In this document: piece by piece, positions 57,897-64,000 of the stretch
Layout of the letters: each line of letters opens with the position of its first letter
Numbering within the stretch: the first letter of the stretch is position 1
Assembly (NCBI GenBank): GCA_903825645.1
Contig: CAIKBL010000025.1
Span: forward strand, 60,078 to 124,077
From: an uncultured Pseudomonadota bacterium
GTDB taxonomy: Bacteria > Pseudomonadota > Gammaproteobacteria > Ga0077536
Length of the DNA: 64,000 bases
Reading direction: 5' to 3'
Notes under the pieces: generated by a model
What the model saw: the letters and a program-made list of their open reading frames with translations, nothing else
What the model was told of the DNA's origin: nothing
Databases searched by the model: none
Program-made: the position numbers and the translations under genes

Positions 57897-59036
57897 TCAG
57901 ATCCGCAAGCCCGCCTGTTTCATTAGCGGAAGGACGCGTTCACCAAAATACTTAAGTTCTTCGTAGTAATCGAGCCAGGACAGAATAAATCCTTCGATAC
58001 CCAAGTCCGCCAATTGAAGCATCATTTCGACAACCTGTTCAGGTGTCCCCACGAGCGGGAAACCACCCCAGCCGGCGATAAAGCGCTCACCAAATTGCTT
58101 GATCTGCTCATTAAACGAATTACTCTCAATCCCGAGTAAGTTCATGATGTTGTGGGTAGCCTCCCAATCACCCTCGTCGATTATGCGACGATAGAGGGCC
58201 CAAGCTTCAGCTTCGGTGTCCCGACAGCACACCAATCCATAACTCATCACTCCCACGCGTCTACCGTATTTGGCCGCTCGCTGATGGATGTCGGAGACCA
58301 ATCCACTCGCTTGCTCTTGGGTTGCAATCGTGACGAAATTGAAATCAACATGCCGGGCCGAAAATTCACGTCCTTCTTCTGAATTTCCTGCATTGATAAC
58401 AACCGGATGCGGACGTTGGAGAGGTTTTGGCAGGAGGAATCCGCCCCGGATCTGGAAATACTCGCCCGCGAAATCAAAATCCTGCTTGGTCCACGCTAGC
58501 TTGATACAGTTCAGCCACTCTGCTGCCATGTCGTAACGACGTTCATGCGGTAACTGTTGTATCCCAAACATTTCAATTTCTGGTCGGAACCATCCGCACA
58601 CTACGTTGAGCCCAAATCGACCGTTTGAAATATGATCAATTGTGGCGCCTTGTTTCGCGGCAAAGAGCGGATGAACTGTCGGCACATGTGAAGTCGCGTA
58701 GACCATTATTTTTTGTGTATTACACGCTAAGGCAGTCGCCCAGGTATATACCTCCATGTTGTTGGCATTAAATTGAGTCGTGCCACCGAAATGCTTCCAT
58801 CGGCCGACCGGGACGAGTAATTCAAAGCCCAGATCATCAGCCAGTTTCGCGATTTTTACATTATGTTGATACGTTGGTTCGAACGTCGTCTCAGCGTGGG
58901 TAATGGTGCAGCCGTTACTGCAATTCATGCCAAATATGCCCAGCTTGAGTCGATTTCGATTAAACACCGGGACGTGTTCAGCACGCCATGCGTGGACATC
59001 ATCAGCGTGTTGGAAGAAGTCGGGTTGAACATCCAT
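57897..59036 (-). CDS. LLM-class flavin-dependent monooxygenase (RutA/SfnG-like)
   Basis: KLGIFGMNC, PVGRWKHFGG, TIDHISNGRFGLNVVCGW, NAGNS..GREF, LVGTPEQV. Confidence 0.9.
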   Translation of the reverse strand: MDVQPDFFQHADDVHAWRAEHVPVFNRNRLKLGIFGMNCSNGCTITHAETTFEPTYQHNVKIAKLADDLGFELLVPVGRWKHFGGTTQFNANNMEVYTWATALACNTQKIMVYATSHVPTVHPLFAAKQGATIDHISNGRFGLNVVCGWFRPEIEMFGIQQLPHERRYDMAAEWLNCIKLAWTKQDFDFAGEYFQIRGGFLLPKPLQRPHPVVINAGNSEEGREFSARHVDFNFVTIATQEQASGLVSDIHQRAAKYGRRVGVMSYGLVCCRDTEAEAWALYRRIIDEGDWEATHNIMNLLGIESNSFNEQIKQFGERFIAGWGGFPLVGTPEQVVEMMLQLADLGIEGFILSWLDYYEELKYFGERVLPLMKQAGLRI

Positions 59037-59636
59037 TTTGAATCTGCCCCTAGACCGATCAAGGCCGAGAATCGAGGTTTTTCTCACTGATTTTTTTGGC
59101 AGTCCATTCCTCGTCTGGAGAGGCTGAGATGCCCGAAAAGGTCACCTCCTTGTTATGACGGTGCAGAACGACTAGCCGGAGAGAAAATAGTCTAAAGGCG
59201 CTCTTCATAGGTTTGACCCCATTACATAGGGGAACATGTGGATATCAAAGAAAAAGCGCGTGAGCAAGGTGATAGGACCTTATTGATAGTACTAGCCGCT
59301 TATGACTATACCCCGCCGCATAAGCGCATTTCATTCCACTCGCGCTGAGATCCACTGACCGGCACCGGCGACTTATTCCCTATGGCGCCAGTTATGGAAG
59401 AGGTCCTCATGACTTGCTGTTGAAAACTCTTCGAGCTGCACCCCCAAGGCTATACGCGCGATCAGGCAGAACGCCCGCGAGGTGAGACGGTGGGGATCCA
59501 CCGAGTCTTCTACGGGATCTTTTTATAAGACGAGCCATCTCTCCCGGTGAGGGCTCGTCAGGCACCACTGACACGAAATATCCATGCCAGTTCTATTTCG
59601 AACACTAGGGGAGCCATGCTACCGACGGCTATGGAC

Positions 59637-59684
59637 CATCCCCACATCTCGTTTCGACACGGCATCCCCACACCCGTGTTCGAC
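59637..59684. repeat. Imperfect 22-bp tandem repeat (2 copies, period 26)
   Basis: CATCCCCACATCTCGTTTCGAC (59637) and CATCCCCACACCCGTGTTCGAC (59663). Confidence 0.55.
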
Positions 59685-59692
59685 GGCTGAGA

Positions 59693-60880
59693 TCAGCAAG
59701 CTTCGAACAATCCGGCAGCGCCCATACCCTTTCCGATACACATCGACACAATTCCGAACTTTTTACGTCTCCGTCTTAACTCGCGGATCACGACGCCGGT
59801 CATGCGAGATCCCGTCATCCCGAAGGGATGGCCAATGGCGATCGAGCCACCGTTAACATTATAAATCTCGTTATCGATCCCGAGCTCGTCACGGCAATAT
59901 AGACATTGCGAAGCAAACGCCTCATTCAACTCAATGAGATCGATATCGGAAAGCGACAACCCTTTATATTTTAGAAGTTTAGGGATCGCAAACACCGGAC
60001 CAATGCCCATTTCGTCCGGCTCACATCCCGCCACCACAAACCCTCGGAAATAGGCGAGCGGCGTCAAGCCGAGTTGTTGCGCGCGACGTTCAGACATCAA
60101 CAAGGTCATTGACGCGCCGTCAGACAACTGGGAAGCATTACCCGCCGTCACACTCCCACCCTCTTCGAACGCAGGGGCTAGCATAGATAAGCCTTCGAAA
60201 GTCGTGTCTATCCGGTTGCACTCGTCTCTATCCACCGTACCCTCAACGATCGCGGTTTCCTTCGTGTCCTTATTCACCACTTTTCGCCAATTGACAGTCA
60301 TTGGCGCGATTTCTTCTCCAATGTAGCCCGCTGCGCAGGCTGCCGCATAGCGCTGCTGACTCTGCAGCGCGTAACGATCTTGTGCCTCGCGTGAGACCTT
60401 GTAACGACGTGCAACTACTTCAGCTGTATTTCCCATAGCCATAAACATAGCTGGCTTATCTTTCAATAAGCGGGCGTTCTCGTCGAATTTCGCGGGCGTA
60501 CCTCTTTCGAGGCCAGTAATGGACTCCACGCCGCCGGCAATCGCGACTTCCGCGCAACCGCTTGCAATCTGTGTCGCCGCAATCGCAATAGCATTCAACC
60601 CGGAAGAGCAGGCACGGCTGATGGTTGCAGCGGCGACACTAATCGGGAGTCTGGAAAGCGCCACGCCGTAACGCGCGACATTTGCCGCCTGCTCCCCTAC
60701 CTGACGGGCCGCGCCGACTATCACATCATCGACCTCGGCAGGGTCCAAGGCCGGGGAACGGTCGAGCAAAGAATTGATGCAGTGCGCAATGAGATCATCT
60801 GCGCGCGTGAGGTTAAAAGTGCCCCGATGGGATTTAGCCAACCCTGTGCGAAGACTGTCGACGATAACAACCTGACTCAT
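59693..60880 (-). CDS. Thiolase (acetyl-CoA C-acyltransferase)
   Basis: RACSSG, AGNASQLSDGA, NEAF, GHPFG.TG, MCIGKGMG. Confidence 0.95.
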   Translation of the reverse strand: MSQVVIVDSLRTGLAKSHRGTFNLTRADDLIAHCINSLLDRSPALDPAEVDDVIVGAARQVGEQAANVARYGVALSRLPISVAAATISRACSSGLNAIAIAATQIASGCAEVAIAGGVESITGLERGTPAKFDENARLLKDKPAMFMAMGNTAEVVARRYKVSREAQDRYALQSQQRYAAACAAGYIGEEIAPMTVNWRKVVNKDTKETAIVEGTVDRDECNRIDTTFEGLSMLAPAFEEGGSVTAGNASQLSDGASMTLLMSERRAQQLGLTPLAYFRGFVVAGCEPDEMGIGPVFAIPKLLKYKGLSLSDIDLIELNEAFASQCLYCRDELGIDNEIYNVNGGSIAIGHPFGMTGSRMTGVVIRELRRRRKKFGIVSMCIGKGMGAAGLFEAC

Positions 60881-61186
60881 AGTACTTCCTTAAGCTATCA
60901 GTGGAGATTTAAGCGCGGGGCATATTCTGGCACGTCTTTGCAGGCGCCGCCCCCACGCGCGGCAACCTAAAACTTCCGCCGTTCAGCTGGAACAGGGATT
61001 CGGAAGCTGACCCGGTCCTTCCACAACGATCAAAGGTTATCCAGCCGGACTGGTAGGCGTTTCCGGCCTCATTTGCTACGATTCACGCCTATCCTGCGTG
61101 GACCCTCCCAATGGGAACGTTCCGCGCCATATATCAATCCTTTGCCGGTATACGCTAGGTCCGGTACAACCTGTTGATGAAAGATT

Positions 61187-62347
61187 ATGACTGATCATTC
61201 CGAGACGATTGCTCAACTCCGTGATACCGTCAAACGTGTCTGCGACGACTTCCCCGGCGAATATTGGCGCGCCAAAGATCGCGAGCGCGAATACCCGACT
61301 GAATTTGTCCAAGCGCTCACGGATCTGGGACTGCTGGCCGCGCTCATTCCGGAAGAATATGGCGGTAGTGGACTACCCCTGTCTTTGGGTGCAGAAATCC
61401 TCAAGGCCATTCACGAATTCGGCGGTAACGCCGGAGCATGTCACGCGCAGATGTACACGATGGGAACGGTACTTCGCCATGGGAGCGCTGAGCAAAAAGC
61501 CCAATACCTACCCGGAATTGCTCGGGGCGAACTCCGTCTACAAGCCTTCGGCGTGACCGAACCGACCGCAGGGACGGATACGACGAGTATCTCTACCTTT
61601 GCTGCCCGCAAAGGCGATCGATATGTGGTCAACGGACAAAAAGTGTGGACATCGCGCGCGCTTCAATCTGATTTGATGGTTTTATTAGCTCGCACCACGC
61701 CTAAAGATCAAGTCAAAAAGCGCTCGGAGGGACTTTCTGTCTTCCTCGTCGATATGCGTGAAACTGTCGGGAAAGGCATGACGATCAAACCAATCCGTAC
61801 CATGATCAATCACTCTACTAATGAAGTGTTTTTTGACAATATGGAAATCCCCGCCAGCAGCCTTATTGGAGAGGAAGGCCAAGGGATGCGCTACATCCTA
61901 TCGGGGATGAACGCCGAGCGGATCCTCGTCGCATCGGAGTGCATCGGGGATGGCCGATGGTTTACCAAAAAAGCACGGGACTATGCATGTGAGCGCAAGG
62001 TATTCGGGCGCCCAATTGGTCAGAATCAAGGCATCCAATTTCCGATCGCGCGCGCGTACGCGGAGGTGGAAGCGGCGAATCTGATGGTTGACCACGCCGC
62101 GGCGTTATATGAAGCGGGCAAACCATGTGGCACCCAAGCCAACATGGCAAAAATGTTGGGCTCAGAGGCTGCATGGAATGCAGCCAATGCATGCATGCAG
62201 ACCCACGGGGGCTTCGGGGTTGCGGAGGAGTACGACATAGAACGAAAGTTCCGCGAAATCAGGCTTTACCAGATAGCACCGATCTCAACAAATCTTATCC
62301 TGTCCTATGTTGCCGAGCATGAACTCGGCATGCCGCGCTCCTACTGA
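61187..62347 (+). CDS. Acyl-CoA dehydrogenase
   Basis: IPEEYGG, GVTEPTAGTDT, NGQKVW, RKVFGRPIG.NQG, HGGFG, LYQIAPISTN. Confidence 0.93.
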   Translation: MTDHSETIAQLRDTVKRVCDDFPGEYWRAKDREREYPTEFVQALTDLGLLAALIPEEYGGSGLPLSLGAEILKAIHEFGGNAGACHAQMYTMGTVLRHGSAEQKAQYLPGIARGELRLQAFGVTEPTAGTDTTSISTFAARKGDRYVVNGQKVWTSRALQSDLMVLLARTTPKDQVKKRSEGLSVFLVDMRETVGKGMTIKPIRTMINHSTNEVFFDNMEIPASSLIGEEGQGMRYILSGMNAERILVASECIGDGRWFTKKARDYACERKVFGRPIGQNQGIQFPIARAYAEVEAANLMVDHAAALYEAGKPCGTQANMAKMLGSEAAWNAANACMQTHGGFGVAEEYDIERKFREIRLYQIAPISTNLILSYVAEHELGMPRSY

Positions 62348-62364
62348 TCAGGCAGGATGTTCCA

Positions 62365-63858
62365 ATGGCATCCGCCCTTCCTCATTTTGATGCGTATATC
62401 AACGGCGAGTCGGTGGGTCCCTCCACCGGAGACTATTTCCCCACGGTCAATCCATACACGGGCAAGGAGTGGGCTCGAGTCGCACGATGTGATGGGCGGG
62501 ATGCGGACCGTGCCGTCGAAGCCGCCTGGGTGGCCTTTACGAAAGGGCCATGGGGGACGATAAATCCCAGCCAGCGTGGTGCCATAATCCACCGGTTCGG
62601 CGATTTAATTCGAGATAACGCGAAGGAATTAGCTGAATTCGAAGTGAGGGACAACGGCAAGCTGATAAATGAGATGCTTGCGCAGTGCAATTACCTGCCG
62701 AATTGGTATTGGTACTACGGTGGGCTCGCCGACAAAATTGAGGGCTCGGTGATACCTATCGACAAACCGGAAGTCTTCAACTACACGCGACACGAACCAC
62801 TTGGAGTCGTCGTCTGTATTACGCCGTGGAACTCTCCACTTCTGCTCCTATCGTTTAAGCTGGCCGCTGCGTTAGCTGCCGGAAATACGATCGTCATCAA
62901 GCCATCGGAATTTACGTCAACCTCAACCCTAAAGCTAATGGAGCTGGTCGCACGTGCGGGCTTCCCGCCGGGCGTGATCAATGTCGTAACCGGCTTTGGG
63001 AACGAAGTTGGTACGGCATTGGTTGAACACCCGAAAGTCGCGAAAATATGTTTTACCGGTGGCACTGAAAGCGGCGCTTTGGTCTATCAGGCCGCTGCCA
63101 AAGGACTCAAAGGGTGTACGCTTGAACTCGGAGGCAAGTCCCCCAATATCGTCTTTGATGATGCCCGAATAGATGATGCTGTCAAAGGCGCCATCTCCGG
63201 TATTTTTGCCGCCACAGGACAAACTTGTATCGCGGGTTCTCGCTTACTGGTTCAAGACACCATCTACGATACTTTTGTTGACCGTCTCGTGACGCTTGCG
63301 AAATCAGCTCGCATGGGCGATCCGATGAGCCCAGAAACCCAGGTGGGGCCGGTTACTACGGTGCCTCAATATGAAAAAATTCTGCGTTATATCGCCGTAG
63401 CAAAACATGAGGGCGCTCAATGCGTCCTCGGTGGTGCGCCGGCTAATGGCCCTGAATGCGGCGAGTCACCCTGGTTTGTACAGCCGACGATTTTCACGGA
63501 GGTTACAAACCAGATGCGCATAGCCCAAGAAGAGGTTTTCGGACCGGTACTGTCGATAATTCGGTTCAAGACCGAAGAAGAAGCCATAGAAATCGCCAAT
63601 GACATTGTGTTTGGTCTCGCTGCCGGCGTGTGGACGGAATCGATCAGACGCGCGATTAAAGCCGCTAACGCCATTCGCGCCGGGACCATTTGGGTGAATA
63701 CTTATCGTGCGGTCAGCTATATGTCTCCTTTCGGCGGCTACAAAAAATCCGGCCTCGGACGAGAAAACGGAATCGAAGGCATACGGGAATTCTTGCAAAC
63801 CAAAAGCGTATGGATTTCGACCGCCTCTGATGTCCCCAACCCCTTTGTGATGCGCTAA
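62365..63858 (+). CDS. Aldehyde dehydrogenase
   Basis: PWNSP, KPSE, FTGG, LELGGKSP, GQTCIAGSR, EEVFGP, PFGGYK.SG.GRE. Confidence 0.95.
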   Translation: MASALPHFDAYINGESVGPSTGDYFPTVNPYTGKEWARVARCDGRDADRAVEAAWVAFTKGPWGTINPSQRGAIIHRFGDLIRDNAKELAEFEVRDNGKLINEMLAQCNYLPNWYWYYGGLADKIEGSVIPIDKPEVFNYTRHEPLGVVVCITPWNSPLLLLSFKLAAALAAGNTIVIKPSEFTSTSTLKLMELVARAGFPPGVINVVTGFGNEVGTALVEHPKVAKICFTGGTESGALVYQAAAKGLKGCTLELGGKSPNIVFDDARIDDAVKGAISGIFAATGQTCIAGSRLLVQDTIYDTFVDRLVTLAKSARMGDPMSPETQVGPVTTVPQYEKILRYIAVAKHEGAQCVLGGAPANGPECGESPWFVQPTIFTEVTNQMRIAQEEVFGPVLSIIRFKTEEEAIEIANDIVFGLAAGVWTESIRRAIKAANAIRAGTIWVNTYRAVSYMSPFGGYKKSGLGRENGIEGIREFLQTKSVWISTASDVPNPFVMR

Positions 63859-63860
63859 AT

Positions 63861-64000
63861 ATGAATGCACTTTCAGACACGCTGGTCGTTTCTCTAGAAC
63901 AGGCAGTTGCCGCCCCTTATGCAACACGACTCTTAGCCGAAGCGGGTGCAAGGGTTATAAAAGTAGAACGCGAAGAAGGCGATTTTGCGCGAGCCTACGA
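63861..64000 (+). CDS. CaiB/BaiF CoA transferase, N-terminal part (runs off the window end)
   Basis: MNALSDTLVVSLEQAVAAPYATRLLAEAGARVIKVEREEGDFARAY; not in the ORF track; starts 2 nt after the ALDH stop. Confidence 0.88.
   Translation, partial: MNALSDTLVVSLEQAVAAPYATRLLAEAGARVIKVEREEGDFARAY

Noticed and set aside
59140-59151. GGTCACCTCCTT resembling the 16S rRNA 3' end
   Set aside because: No upstream 16S-like sequence; a short chance match.
59120-59375. Two GCTGAGA motifs and CTGACCGGCACCGGCG suggestive of a TPP riboswitch
   Set aside because: The ACCC/ACCTGA junction, TAAT loop and AGGG end are missing, and the motifs are on the wrong strand for the adjacent genes.
60928-60942. TGGCACGTCTTTGCA, a near-perfect sigma-54-looking motif upstream of the ACAD operon
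   Set aside because: GG and GC are 9 nt apart, not the strictly required 10.
1-64000. CRISPR arrays, tRNA/rRNA genes and the many short antisense ORFs in the track
   Set aside because: No regularly spaced repeats or RNA-gene signatures were seen by eye; the short ORFs are shadows of well-supported genes in GC-rich DNA.

Overview
A gene-dense bacterial window of moderately high GC, probably gammaproteobacterial (yjgA, fimT-pilVWXY1E, rlmI). It divides into four parts. (1) 1-13 kb: 2-oxoacid:ferredoxin oxidoreductase genes, ribA, yjgA, assorted hydrolases and reductases, a decayed two-gene operon, and a moaD-moaE-pqqB-GST-Nudix run with moaC divergent. (2) 13-21.5 kb: a type IVa minor-pilin/PilY1 operon and a frameshifted IS256-family element that still has its inverted repeats and an 8-bp target duplication. 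(3) 21.6-34.5 kb: pterin carbinolamine dehydratase, pqqA-C-D-E without pqqB behind a sigma-54-type motif, folP, pip, a porin-like gene, PQQ-catabolism-associated periplasmic proteins, a cytochrome b561-histidine kinase-sigma-54 regulator-DUF1244 run and an L,D-transpeptidase. (4) 35.6-64 kb: a complete acetophenone-carboxylase-like operon (apcABCD, an apcE-like gene and a bal-like CoA ligase), followed by rlmI, GSTs, CoA transferases, an ABC transporter, a VWA gene pair, a dioxygenase, acyl-CoA dehydrogenases, an LLM monooxygenase, a thiolase and an ALDH. The most interesting items are the apc-like carboxylase operon outside its textbook host context, the split pqq pathway with a PqqB that has lost its Cys/Zn motif, and the cytochrome b561-coupled two-component module. 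No rRNA, tRNA or CRISPR array was seen. All assignments rest on motif recognition and recall, and no database searches were run.
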